Below, in pieces: positions 1-13,529 of a stretch of 64,000 bases of DNA; position 1 is the stretch's first letter; every line of letters starts with the position of its first letter. The notes below the pieces were generated by a model. The model was given only the letters and a program-made list of their open reading frames with translations, was not told the origin of the DNA and made no database searches. Origin of the DNA: Octopus sinensis (Eukaryota); NCBI RefSeq assembly GCF_006345805.1, contig NC_042998.1:50096001-50160000 (forward strand), written 5' to 3'. The position numbers and the translations under genes were made by a program.

Positions 1-2660
1 ACATATTAATTATCTAATACATTATATGATTTTTAATGCCGTTGTTATCTAACAAATTCTCTTTAAGTTGTTTCTTTGCAAGTATGCCATTGGTGGTATT
101 ATGGTTTGATATAAATTAAAACTGTATCGCATTCAAACTAACCTTATCCTGTACTATCATGTAAGATGTGTATTTACTAATTTGCTGATAGTTGCCGAGC
201 GGTATATGTAGTTGGACAGAAAAAGAATTTGATTTTTTTGTAAATTTAGAACTGCTAAAGCCATTTTAAATTTCGGTGCATGACATTTAATTCTGCATTT
301 TGTATTTAACTTACTTGAAAAGAATGAGTAACAAATCTTACAGAAGTGTACATTATAATATACTAAAATGTCGATATCACAGAGGCTGTAGAACTATTTG
401 AATCAAAGCTACAGCATTGCCATTCCAAGATTTTATTAAATCTGGATCGGATTCGACAATGTATTTTTCTTCCTACAAATGTAAAAGATATATGAATTTC
501 TTCTGCATTACAGATGTATTTACTAATTTGATGTAAGAGCAATGTAAATATTCGTTGAAAGAAAAAGTTTTTATACTATTAAAGAAAAAGTTATTCCTGG
601 TTGTTTGTATCTACTACAAAGCAGTTAAACTCACTCTGCAAAAGACTTAATTCTAAAAACCATAATTAACTTAGATGCTGGAAAAGAGAAACAGATCTTT
701 TAAGAATGCAGTTTGTAGTGGATAATCATCATATCTTCAGAGAGATTCATCATTGTAATGCAATTATATATCTTGTGATAAGAGCAGTCTTAAAGACTAT
801 TATGGTTTGTTTAAGTATTTAACATATAACTAAGTAAAGAATAGTCTTTGGAAAAAAGAAATATAGAGACTTTGATGTTTCAAAATAAATAGTCCCTAAA
901 CAAACCTATCATTAGAAATATATTCTACTGTAGGAAGATATCCAAGCAAACAATTAATTACTTTGAAGCAGATATGCATCATTTATAATACAATATAAAA
1001 ATTCTTGTTCTTGTAATGTGAAGGCTATGGGGTTTTAGAATGTATGTTTGCAGTGATGAATTCGTTAGAAAAATAACAAAGCTCTTTATTGTTATTTTTT
1101 TCCCCATTATTTTCTTATTCGTGACGGTATCGTCTCAATTTTATGGTTGAAAGGTAAAATAAACTGATACGCCACTGATTTGTAAAAATTCCTTCCAGCA
1201 AAGAAAATTTGCTGTAAAATCGTTCTTGAAGTAAACTTGTGTAAACATGAACGTTTCGTAGGAAAATAGGTTTCGCTTGTAAACTTAGCAGTCTTCCAAT
1301 AAGCAGTAGCTCTTAATCAAATCTTGTGACTGGAACGAATATTCTCCAGCACGTAATACTTTCAACGACCTCAGCATATTCACTGCAATTGATATGGTCG
1401 ATGTAGTGATGGCCGTTGTCATTACCATCATCATCGTCGTCGTCATCATCAAAATTATCATTATCATTATTCTAGCAGTTCTATTTCCATACAGTTATGA
1501 ATCAACAATGCAGAATCATTTACAAATCATAACCGTGACCTGAATAGGCACGAGGTTTGAATTTCGGGTGAATGGCCTTGTCGATTATATCAACCCCAGT
1601 GTCTCAGACTTAAGAAGTTAGTAACAATCCATGTATAAATTCTATTGCACATAATAAAAATGATAAAATTCACGACTCTGACTGTTACATTAGTCATGAG
1701 AACACGGCACTCACACGCACTCATCACACTCAATATGTGATGTGTTGTAATATGTCTTAATCACATATATGGAATATATTGATACGTTTAATACTAGTTT
1801 CAACTTATTTCTTTTAAAATTCTGTCATTATTCATGGCTTGGTTATATTAGTATATAGACATGTGTGTGTGTGCGCGTGTGCGTGTATGTATTTATATAT
1901 GTGTGTGTGTTTTTGTTTGTATGCATATACGCGAAGAGAAAGTGATAGACAGATAGATAGATAGATATACAATCAAGTGGAAAGATTGCGAAATTATACG
2001 CTACGTGTAATTTTAAGCAGAGATTTCAATACGCTGTTACAACGTAAGTCTCAACAATAAAAATAATATAAATATATATGTGTGTGTGCGCGAATAAGTG
2101 CATATCCTTACACTCTCACCTGTTCAAACATACAGAGACACACTCACACGTTCATTAATTGATTGATTTATTGATTGGAAACATTTTATGTATTACTGTG
2201 TCAGAGTCAGTACTATGTTTAAGCGTTTTGCTTTTTTTTTTACTTCAAACAAAAAGTATTATCTATGAATAATTATCAAATCGAGTAATTAAAGGAAGTA
2301 GAAAATACTTTATTTAGATTAATTAGGAATTGCTCGACTATATAAAAATAAATGTGTATGTTTGTGTGTGTATATATGTGTGTACTGAGTGTCATTTCTT
2401 TCAGACTGTGTCTATATATAAGTAAACTAGGAGATAATGGTAATAGTTGTAAATGCTTTAAAACAAAAGCTATATAGAAACAGTATCGGCTTTGTTGTAT
2501 ACGTATATAAAAATACACCACTTATATATGTATACAAATACGCAAGCTCGAACATGCTCACATATATACACACATTTAAACATAATAAAATTTAGTCAAT
2601 AATGTTGAAGCAGAGTGTAATTATTTATTATATTCTTGATTATTACTCTGTGATGCTGAG

Positions 2661-2933
2661 CTGGGGCGTAGCTATAGTGACGCAAGCAGGGCACATGTCT
2701 GGGCGCCACTTTGAGGTGGGTACGATTTCGGCCAAGATCATTTTTTAATTAAGCCATTAAAAAATGTTTTAAACCTCTTCAGGCATGGTTTGTTTTGCTT
2801 ATCGCCATCCACGCCACTAAACAAAATAGGTCTTTTTACTTGACCTCACAAAATGCATGCGCTGCTTTTTGGCTGAGGAGGGGGCGCAATTTTTATGCTT
2901 TTCCGGGCGCTATTTACCCTAGCTACGCCTCTG
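2661..2933. mobile_element. hAT-like MITE
   Basis: Left end CTGGGGCGTAGCTAT vs reverse complement of right end CAGAGGCGTAGCTAG (12/15 match). Flanking 8-mers ATGCTGAG / ATGCTGGA (6/8) fit a decayed 8-bp TSD. GC-rich subterminal GGGCGC motifs; no ORF. Confidence 0.75.
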
Positions 2934-3047
2934 ATGCTGGACTCATTTTCACGATTCTTCTTTGATTGCAGAAGGGAATTATGTGATCAGGACAGAATCA
3001 CAAAATACTGTACCAAGAAAGGCCACTTTAATGTTTGTATGTGTGTG

Positions 3048-3100
<53 letters not shown>

Positions 3101-5124
3101 AGAGAGAGTGACAGACAGACCGACAGAGACAGAGAAGACAGACATACAGACACAGAAAGAGAAAGATCGAGATTCGGCATGTGAAGATGTACTATTTTTC
3201 TTGCTGATTGAAGTTCTAGATTTTCTTTTGGTAGGTCATACAACAGGCAGCAAGGCTGTAAAGAGAGTGACGAGCTTGTACTCTTCGTCATCAATCGAAC
3301 AACCATTCGTCTTTTAAATTTTAAGACCTTTGTCATCTTTATACTCTTAGTTATTACGTACATCTGCACTGTCTGAATTATTGGGATAAGATTTTTCTTT
3401 TCCAAGAATCCATGTTTAGCCACACTTTAATTCAAAAATGTTGGGATGATTGATAGTACAAATAAGCTGATTGTTTAGTTGTTTTGGGCACATCTATTGC
3501 TCAGTGTTCGAAATACCACGAACATGAAGCATAAGTGCAATCCTATGTACGGTTACTATAGTCCTGATTGGATCGAAGGAAACTTATATTCTTAGATTTA
3601 ACGATTTTGACTATTCCATTTTAATTTACATCTAATTTTGTAAACTGACGATTATATTCCTTAAATGTTCCAATATATCTTACTCCGAATTTTATTTGAT
3701 AATACATTTCTGGTTAAAATACACTGCGTCTATTTAAGTTAATTTGAAAATTATGGATGAATTTAATAAAATAACTTTATCCTTATCGAACTGATGTTTG
3801 AAACAAACTTAATGCAAATGTTTTTAATTTACATAATTTTAAACAAAAATTTTGGTGGTCTGAAGCGGGTTGGTATCAAGAAGATGGATTGTTTTAGTTT
3901 TGCAATTCTATCCGAGTGCACATATTTAGTATACTGTATAACACGCAATATCTATGCATGACACGTTGATTTACTTATTTACTTATATATGCAGTGTTAC
4001 TGAATATAAATCTTCAAGATACTTATGTAAAAATATTTGTACATACCATACCTGTATTCTGTTTCTCAACGAATCCATAATATTTTGTTAAAGCGTTAAT
4101 TACATACGTTCAAATATCTTAATGATCACTATGATTGCCATGTATATTTTTATAGGCATGTAGGTATGTAAATATCTATACTTATGTTACACCATATTGC
4201 CACTCGAGAATTGCATATATTAGCCTGAATGACATCTGAGATTCCAGTAAATATTTTTGTTGTTATTTATTGTACAAAACTAGTTTTCATTAAAAATCAA
4301 AAGCAAAAACAAAAAGAATTAAACCTCGTTGTTATTTACATATAGCTATTATTCATTGTTCTTAAATTAATCTGCTGCTTAATTTACTGACAGGAAGAGT
4401 TAACTAACATGTTCATAAAGAGGAATTGTTTACTTGATACTCCTCGTGTGTCGATTCTGCCCATAATAAAGGAACAAATGATACAATGTGGCTGTAGATC
4501 ATAACACGCTGGCAACGCCAGGGATCATTGCTAATATATAAAAATACATATCAAGGTTCAATCACAGCAGATTGCTAAAATCGGTCACGGGTCGGACAAA
4601 ATACCTTGCGATATTTAGGTACAACTCTTAACATTCGAATCATACCCATCTGGACTATGTTTTTTCATCTTTCCACAACTGATAAGGGAGGTAATCGTCA
4701 ATTACTGAGTTGAAATATAATCTATTTCTCTCATCCAGCTAATGTGAAGCATTGATTCTATGTTACAGATCAATATGCGTGGTCACCGATATTTTGTTAG
4801 ACACCTTCAAAATCTGGATTATATTGGAAATTAATTGAAACACATTCTTGTACGTAGTAATTTACGGAGAAAATGACCCAGTGGTTTAGGTGTTGCATGT
4901 GTATCCTTTGATCGTAGATAACAACATCCTTGTTTTGCATCCTAAGTTAATGTATATAATTCGAACGGTCTTCATTTTCCCATTGTATACCTCTAGACCT
5001 CTTGTCAGCTAATGACAGAGCCATTACTCGACAAGCGTACATTGTTTCCACATGTATATAATTATGGATACAACTTACCGTTGTATGCTTATGCTTCCAT
5101 TTGTGCGTCTGCATGCATACAGAC

Positions 5125-5197
5125 GCATATACATACATACATACATATATACATATATACACACACTGATAAATATAGATATACGTATATACATACG

Positions 5198-5239
<42 letters not shown>

Positions 5240-5256
5240 TATACGTATATACAGAC

Positions 5257-5306
<50 letters not shown>

Positions 5307-5420
5307 CATAGATATAGATATACGTAAATACAGACGTATATATATATATATACAGAGAAAGATATAGATATATATATACATATATATAATATATACATAC
5401 ATATATATATATATATATAG

Positions 5421-5469
<49 letters not shown>

Positions 5470-5472
5470 TAT

Positions 5473-5524
<52 letters not shown>

Positions 5525-5733
5525 ATATATACAGAGAAAGATGTAGAATATATATACATATATATATATATATAGATATATATATATATATATATATAGA
5601 TATATATATATATATACATACACATGCACACACATACACACACACATATATATAAATATATACACATATGCATACATGCACACAAACACACTCATATATA
5701 TATACATAACATATCTATCTATATATGTACATG

Positions 5734-5815
<82 letters not shown>

Positions 5816-5835
5816 GTGTGTATGTATGTATGTCT
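5125..5835. repeat. compound (TA)n/(GA)n/(CA)n/(TATG)n microsatellite
   Basis: Directly visible; source of the YI/IY-repeat ORFs. Confidence 0.95.
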
Positions 5836-6399
5836 GTATGTATATGTGTTGCACGCATACTTACATGTATTTGTGTGCATATAACCAAATGTTATATATT
5901 CAAAGTGTTCCTGTAAGAAACCTCAATGCACAGGTAATATATACAATATAATGACAAAGAGAATTTATATTGGTGCGTAAATGTCCAGATATGATACAAA
6001 GGCACTCTGTATTTCTAAGGCGGGATTATATTTGAAATAAAATTGGTAAACAGGCAGCAGAATGAAAGCTATACACTATAATCTGATATGATCTATGATC
6101 TATTCCTATGAATTCGTATACACCTAATATTGGGCTCTGTGTATTGTTATGAACAAAACATTCAGCTGGATTTAAGAGGGAAGTCTTTGTAAGAATTTCT
6201 ATCTTCAGAATTACAGTTTCTTTTACTCCAAATTTGATTATGTAGCATTAGATCTCTCGATGGAGATACAAATTTGCTGGACATCAATTTTCTATCTTTC
6301 AACCATTCCCTTATATGTTCCTAACTGATTCTGATCAGCGTATAAGGAAGAAAACTTTAAAGCCTTATATATAATCGTACATTACTCTATAGTATATTT

Positions 6400-7330
6400 T
6401 CATGCTCTTAACTACTATAGTTCACCAAGTACCCATCATTGATGGGTCCCCTCTCCTCACAGTGATTCAGTACTCCATTTCCATCGTTTTTCTATGCAAC
6501 TAGTCATCTGACTAATACTGCCCTAATGAATTTCTAGCGATTTCTTCTTGCTCAGCAAACATATTATTTTCTTATATTCAATGTATGTTTACGTTCCTTA
6601 TCTCCTTCATTTGCAAATGCTTTCCGAGGAACCAAAATTTCAGCTTTCAATATTTCAAACACTACAGCTACATGTTTCATAACAAGTGATTCATCGTTAA
6701 GCTATGTATTCATTCCGTTCGTTTTACCTAGCTAATAAAACGATAAACATCGCCCTTTTAAAGCCTAGCCTTGGCTCATGGGCCCGGTTTCCCGGTTTCT
6801 GTGGCGTATGTGTTCCCCCCAGCTGGATGGGATGCCAGTCGATCGCAGCGTTACTCAAGAAACAGGAAGAGAGAGTGAGATAAAGTTGTGGCGAAAGAGA
6901 ACAACAGGGATCACCACCACCCCCTGCCAGAGCCTCGTGTAGCTTTAGGTGTTTTCGCTCAATAAACACACAACGCCCGGTCTGGGAATCGAAACCGCGA
7001 TCCTCCGACCGCGAGTCCGCTGCCCTAACCACTGGGCCATTGCGCCTCCACAGCTACTACAACTTGATATTTCAAGATCAATTTGCAGAATAAAATTAGG
7101 CAAGTTCTTATCTTCCATTTAGAACCCTTCTTCAAATGAAAATGTTTGTCCAATGATGGAATCTCACCAAAACATAGAAATTCATTCTTCACGACACATA
7201 GACATCATATTCTGCAACAAATTACATTAAGTATTTTTGCTGACGCAGACTATCACGTTTCTTCGTAGGCCATTTCCTCTGTTCTTTAACATTTCACAGT
7301 TCTTCTGAACTAAATTTAATCATAGCACAT
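6400..7330 (-). mobile_element. highly decayed RTE-like LINE remnant, interrupted by a SINE
   Basis: Minus-strand pieces loosely resemble RTE C-terminal motifs (EFKYLG-like near 7190, EKTM-like and RRRGRP-like near 6440-6500); many stops and indels. Confidence 0.3.
6752..7050 (-). mobile_element. tRNA-derived SINE, near full length
   Basis: Minus strand begins TGGAGGCGCAATGGCCCAGTGGTTAGGGCAGCGGACTCGCGG with A box TGGCCCAGTGG, B box GGTTTCGATTCC and a TCG (Arg) anticodon-like loop, followed by a non-tRNA body and tail. Confidence 0.85.
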
Positions 7331-7606
7331 ATATTTTATACATCTCGCTTTACTACTCATCTTTTCCAGGCATGAATAATTCTACAATCTCTAAGTTTTT
7401 CTAAATTTCCCAGTGTCTGTGTGCCTAAAACGGCTTGCAGCAATGTCTGCTTTCCTTGCCAAAACAGTTAATAGTAACTAAAATAAGATAGATACTAATA
7501 GCATACATAAATATTTTCATTACTACCTTAAGTAAATGTACTACATCTTAAAACAAAAATTATCTAAATTACTGAGGCAGCCATACACGCTCATATACGT
7601 ACGTCT

Positions 7607-7750
7607 ATGTATGTATGTATGTATGTATGTATGTATGTATGTATGTATGTATGTATGTGTGTATGTGTGTATGTATGTATGTATGTATGTATGTATGTAT
7701 GTGTGTATGTGTGTATGTATGTATGTATGTATATATGTATGTATGTACGT
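7607..7750. repeat. (TATG)n microsatellite
   Basis: Directly visible. Confidence 0.95.
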
Positions 7751-7751
7751 A

Positions 7752-8860
7752 TGCCAGGTCGCTCTTGGGCGCTACTGGTAACAGGTAATCCAGTACAATC
7801 TGTTTCATGATCGGGTCGTCGGCAACTAAACTAGTAACCCCATCAAGCTTGTTTGGTGAGGACGGTGATTGTTGGACACTCTACAAGATGAAAAATAAGA
7901 CCTGTCAAAGGGCGGAAGAGCGCATGAGCAGTCAACGGCCATCCAGCAATATGTGTACATATGTATGTATGCATGTATGTATGCACAGGAACATGAAAAT
8001 ACTGGGTTGGTGTCTAGGTGCGCCGTTGGCCCACTAGAAGTGGGAGGCCCTTCTGTTGTTATCACATGTCTCTAGGAGAGAAAACCTCCGACACTGACAA
8101 TATTCGATGATGTAGACTAATTCTTTTTGAGTTTATGTTGACCATGTTCAGAGAGTGGGATTGGATTTGTGCAAATCCTTTACTCATTATAAAAAGTCAT
8201 CATGCACTGGCATCGCTTGAAAAAAAGTAAGACCTTTCACAAAAATGGCTTGTCGTAGCCTTTGGATATGTGGGAAAGAAGATTAGCGATCTCATCACAG
8301 AGACCATCAATGCCAGTTTTTTATACTGTTATCTTAAAATGTGGAACCGAAAATCTGCTATAATATCTAGCTAAATGCAAAACGTTTGAATTGAAGAGAC
8401 TCATTCAAATAATTGGAGAGATGCACGCCATTAGGAGAAAGGTAAGAAGAACGACTCTGGGAATTACCTTAGAACAACTTTTCTCTCTGTTGGAGGTAAG
8501 GTGTAGTGAGGATCATGCTGGACATCCTTCTCCAAAATATCTCTGAGTTTTAGTGTGGTTTCAAAACTGACAGGAGGACGACGGATATGAATCTTTTCTC
8601 CTAGGTATTCAGAAACTGAGCCTGCGTAAATACTTTATTGATCTGTCTAAGGCTCTTGATAATGTGAATAGAAATGCCTTATAGTACATTTTGAGGAATC
8701 TTGAACGTATTGAGGAATGTGTCTTTATGCTTAAACGTTACCATGGAAGGAACATGGGTGGTAAGCTCTTTCTTCTAATTTAAGTCGAAAATGGTGTCCA
8801 GCAAAAGCCAATTCTGATCCCATTTGCTGTGATTCTTTTAAATAATCTTTGTGGGTTGCT
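7752..8860 (+). mobile_element. decayed RTE-clade LINE (5' region plus reverse transcriptase fragments)
   Basis: Plus-strand pieces read NWRDA, GKKNDSGNY, LSVGGKV, CGFKTDRRTTDM, YFIDLSKALDNVNRNAL*YILRNL and VENGVQQ, in the order of RTE RT domains 0-4; frameshifts and stops. Assignment of 7752-8050 to the same element is weaker. Confidence 0.75.
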
Positions 8861-10359
8861 TACTTGAAGTCTACGTCAGATATCGAACAACAAGCAACGG
8901 TAGAATGTTGACTATAAGACAGATTGCTACCATAATCATCACTATAATACGTGAATCCTTGTAGGATAACGATTGAGACGTTGTTGCTTACTCTCCGGAT
9001 GATATGCAGCAACATATGTACTAATTCTCGAGTGCATGTTTTCCAGGCGCCCATCGTTGCTACATCAGTTCGAGACTGTAAGGCTTAACAGGACTGAAAA
9101 GCCACATATACCGCATTACTCAGTTTAATTGTAGGCATCATGTGTGTATGTGCGTGTGCGTGTGCGCGTGTATATGTGTGTATTTAATTTTGATTAGTCT
9201 GGCTCGATCATTCAACTGTGGATTTAAAACAGAGTAGTTTTCATGATACGAAAAAATAAACTTTGATTTTGTGTTTAAAGTATCTGTTTGTTTTAGTAAG
9301 GATGAATTAGTTCTCATCCTCACTGTATTTGCAGAAACTTTACCACATGTACCTGTTGCTGAGGCGCAATATACCTTTAATGATTTTAAGTTGTCAATTA
9401 TTGACAAAACGCTGGAGAGTAATGTCTTTCGAGTAAAAAAGAACACGCCTAGTTAATGAAACGATAACCCACGAATATATTTAATGCAATGCAGTGTGGT
9501 TCAACACAGCATTGCCAAAATGTGAAATTCTATATTGCAAATATTCCACTACAGGGCACAAGTTGTTCAAACTATTTAACTAGGAAACACTGAAAAGTCG
9601 AATACATTGACGTGAGTAATCAATATATATATATAATACGCAAAAACAATGTACATAAATACACTTTTTCGGGAGTAACATTTAACCATTTAAAACTGTA
9701 AAATTTGTTCTACATTATATGACTTACATTCTGAATCATTCGATACGTGTTCTAAATTATTCAACATGTAGTGAAGCTGTTTTGTTTATTTATTTATTTG
9801 TGTATTTATTTATTTATTTATTTATATATTGTATTCGAAAGTTCATTCTATTGTCTTTTTTGTCTCATAATGCTCAACTAATGATTTTATGTTTAAAAAT
9901 TCCTATACTAAAATTAATTTTCTCTTTTCTTTTTCTCATTGGTAAATCTAATCAATATATATAAAATGCAATGTAACATCAATATATATTGAATACAGTG
10001 TACGTATTTTGGCAATATTACTTACATTCTCACACTCTCATTAGCAATTTTCATCACGTAGATATTTCAACAATGCCGCAGTCATTATTGATGCCGTCAT
10101 TATTTACAGCTCGGGTACTCTCTAGTTCAGAAAATATCACAGCAAGTTGTAAGTAGAAAATATCGAAGCAAGTTGTAAACAGAAAATATCATAGCTAGTA
10201 GTAAGTGGTGAAGCCTACTTAAAAGCTATCCTAATCGCTTGATAAATTAAAAAAATTAGAAAAAGCAATTCTTTGGACAGTCATTCGAATAATTCTTTTA
10301 ACTTAAATTGAAGTCAACATTAAGAAATGTATCTGACACTTCCTCAGTTCCGTATCCAT

Positions 10360-10560
10360 GATCTACAATGCTGTAATGAAACACAGCCAGGAAACACAGC
10401 CACGCTCTCTGCCTAATACATCGGAATGTGCAAGAACAGTTTCAAGAACCAGTACATAACCATGAGTTCCCTTATGCAGTTTCTTATATAACTTAAATTG
10501 CAAATTTTGATATCACGCGCACCGTATTGTACCAGAATAAATGCAGTTCTTGTAAATGTT
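10360..10560 (+). mobile_element. Penelope-like element GIY-YIG endonuclease remnant
   Basis: With frameshifts reads IYNAV...YIGMCKNSFKNQY.NHE...KLQILISRAPY...KCSSC, similar to the PLE pattern IY.A...YIG...FK.RY.NH...W.I...A..Y....C.LC. Confidence 0.45.
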
Positions 10561-11010
10561 TCTTGGTCCCTATAAAGATAATAAATAATACATCAGGACA
10601 TAACAAGAAGCAATCAAAAAACAAGATCCAAATTACTCTCGGGGTTTATTGGTCACATAAAACAATTCTCTGTTTATTCTAATCACAACAGAATTACTAA
10701 GCCATACTGGACAAATAAAAAGCACCGAACGATTAAAAGTGCAGAGGCTACTCAGCAGTACATGTGAACAACCGGAAATCAACAACAACTCGAAAGGTAC
10801 TGTTGAATATCCGACCGACAGCGGTGGGCTTTCTACAAACCAGCCTCGTCTAAGACAGACACGTCCAAAAACCAGGGATCGGTAACTGTGGTTTAAAGGA
10901 TAGACTAAAGTTTCTAATTAAACATGTTCTCTTTTACTCGGTATTATTGAGTACGTAATCACAACTACAAACACTCAACTAACTAACGAAATAACCATAC
11001 ACACATACAT

Positions 11011-11049
<39 letters not shown>

Positions 11050-11104
11050 CACATATATATGTATATACATACATATACATATATATTGTGTATATTTATA
11101 TATA

Positions 11105-11615
11105 TATATATATAAACGGCAGTTTGTCTGTCTGTGTGTCTGTCAGGTTGTACCCTCACCCTGACCACGGCTTTCAACCGATTCTGATGAAACTTGACAC
11201 ACACATAGCCCAATGTCATAATTCAAAACTAACGCAGCGAAAATTTTGAAAAGTTCCCCCAGTTCTGAAGAAAATTGATAAATTCGACATGGGGTCGAGA
11301 ATCTAAGCTTTTTATTTGCAACACATTTTCTGTTGTAGTTTTCGCAACTTGCAATCGATTTTGACCAAACTCATGGTGAAGCTTAATGTTACCCTAAGAA
11401 ACTTAATTCTGACGTTAGTTTTCCATGCAATACCTTATCATCGGAAAAAATCGATAAAATCATGCCATTTTGGGAAATCGCGTTCAAATTCAAGATGACA
11501 TATTTTCGACAATATCATTCACAAATTGGCAGGAATTTTTAAAAAATTCACAGCGAGCATCATGTCTGCTCCAGGGGCTCTTACATACCCGGGCAATGCC
11601 GGGCTATGCTGCTAG
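11105..11615 (+). mobile_element. non-autonomous Helitron (Lep1-like layout)
   Basis: 3' hairpin CCCGG-GCAATG-CCGGG (11588-11603) followed by CTAG (11612-11615) then T. The 5' part has the (TCTG)n tract and GATGAAACTTG motif typical of these elements. Flanked by (TA)n. Confidence 0.75.
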
Positions 11616-11723
11616 TATATATATATATATATATGTACATATATATACATATATATAAATGTATATATATATACATATATATATATGTATAATACTATAC
11701 CAAAGATTTTCTATTTCTTATTC

Positions 11724-11791
<68 letters not shown>

Positions 11792-11928
11792 GAAAGAAGG
11801 TTTGAAAATGCAATCTAAAAGATGTTTATTTACTTTACCGGTTTCACTCTTTGGAAAAAGATTGTCAAAAGTTACATGTAGAAGTTTGGTTGCGTTAATT
11901 ATTGGTTGTTGCAAATTGCTACATTACA

Positions 11929-12306
11929 TATATACAGTCTTTGGTAACAGGGACATGTTAAGGACATTAAAAAGTTCAACAAGTTTCTTAAAATATTGGG
12001 CACAAAAGATTACTACATAAATAATCGTTCTCAAGGACATGCTTAAGATAGTTTCCAGAAGGAATTGATATTGGTATTGTAACTGTATATTCAAACATGC
12101 ACAGAATATTGGTTGACACAGAGTACTATAATCCATATAAATATACATTCTTTGGTGACAAGAGTATGTTGAGAATATAAAAAAGTTTAACAAGCTCATT
12201 GAAATAATGGGTACAAAAGATTACAACAAATATATTATACATCTTAAGATAATTTCCAGGAGGAATTATTAAAAAAGTTCAGTATACACGTACAGAATAT
12301 TATGAG
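11929..12306. repeat. diverged direct repeat, about 210-bp period, two copies
   Basis: TACAGTCTTTGGTAACAG...AAAAAGTTCAACAAG...CAAAAGATTAC...TTAAGATAGTTTCCAGAAGGAATT...CAGAATATT recurs as TACATTCTTTGGTGACAAG...AAAAAGTTTAACAAG...CAAAAGATTAC...TTAAGATAATTTCCAGGAGGAATT...CAGAATATT. Confidence 0.7.
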
Positions 12307-12329
12307 TTCAAAAAGATTTACATTATAAT

Positions 12330-12392
12330 AGTGGTGAAGCTAAAACTGACCTGTCCTCCTAAAACGGACAGGTCAGTTTTAGCTTCACCACT
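12330..12392. repeat. perfect 27-bp inverted repeat with 9-nt spacer
   Basis: AGTGGTGAAGCTAAAACTGACCTGTCC / TCCTAAAAC / GGACAGGTCAGTTTTAGCTTCACCACT. Confidence 0.95.
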
Positions 12393-13326
12393 GCGTATTG
12401 CTGCAATTTGAAATCCAACTCGGGATGGTGTTTTTTACTACCCTAACACTCACTTAGATTTCATGATTTTATATGAAAAATTTTATCGAATTGTTATCCT
12501 AAAATTTAAGCAAAAACATGCTCCGTGTGATGTGTTATAGGTCTGGATTAGCGTCAGACTTGTTTGGCTACGAAAATATTGGTAACTTAGTGGATAAGAG
12601 GTGTCATATCTTACCAGAATTCACCAACAAGTGCTACTTAATTTGTCAGCCTTGAAAAATACTCATGCCCTCCAACAACTAAACAGCGTGAACAACAAGT
12701 GGCTCTGCCAAATTTTAGCCAAAATATTTTGGAAATATTTCAAGTCTTGACATTTAACATCTCAAAGAGCAGCGTGTTCGCGGCTTGAAAATGACCAATG
12801 TGACACTAGCGTATCGGAAATTATGTTTAGAATTATGCCTTATGACTTCTGCTCTACACTTGGCATTTCCTTTTAGACAGATTATTTCAGATTTCGAATT
12901 GCATTAACGCTAACATTTTATCTTAATCTCTTTTATTTTGGTTTGGTTTTAGTTATGTTCAACCCCGCTAGTCTTATTTTGCTAGTTTGTTTTTTATTTT
13001 ATTTTTTGTTTTTCTTTCCATGTATCTTATCCTAGCCGTGATATACTATTCCAGATTTCAAATTTAATCTTAATCTCGTGTACACATTGAAATATATTTC
13101 AATATTTCATATTTTTCTCTTAGGTTTGCTGACAACAATCTCTCAGTTTCAGGTTTCTAAAGAAATTTGCTTTAATGCAACATCAAAAATAACACTTCCT
13201 ATTAGGAAACACAAATACGTTTCTTTCTATAGAACCTACCTGCTAATCCTATATCTTTCACCGAGAAAATCAATAAGCGAGAAATATTAACAAGTATTCC
13301 TCAATATGCGTGTAAGCCTTTATACA

Positions 13327-13357
<31 letters not shown>

Positions 13358-13385
13358 GTACACATACATATGCAAGCGTGTATGA

Positions 13386-13443
<58 letters not shown>

Positions 13444-13490
13444 ATATATATATGTGTGTGTGTGTGTGTGTGCATGTATATATATATATC

Positions 13491-13529
<39 letters not shown>

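Noticed and set aside
3028-3423. Overlapping 131- and 140-aa ORFs; another minus frame looks vaguely transposase-like
   Set aside because: ORF length depends on a (GA)n tract; the alternative frame has three stops and no motif I can name.
4947-5951. Long YI/IY/CV ORFs here and at 13.3, 16.7, 19.2, 27.7, 35.1, 45.6 and 59.4 kb
   Set aside because: Translations of stop-free dinucleotide and tetranucleotide microsatellites, open in many frames; no coding complexity.
7752-7860. Possible HDV-like ribozyme in the RTE 5' region (GGCAAC...CTAA)
   Set aside because: Could not build P1, P2, P3 and P1.1 pairings by eye.
9335-9418. 84-nt AG...GT segment with two open frames (ETLPHVPVAEAQYTF...)
   Set aside because: Donor GTAATG is only moderate, no homology recognised; expected by chance in 64 kb.
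10840-10890. CTAAGACAGACACGTCCAAAAACC...GGTA as a decayed hammerhead
   Set aside because: Needs at least three core repairs; not supportable.
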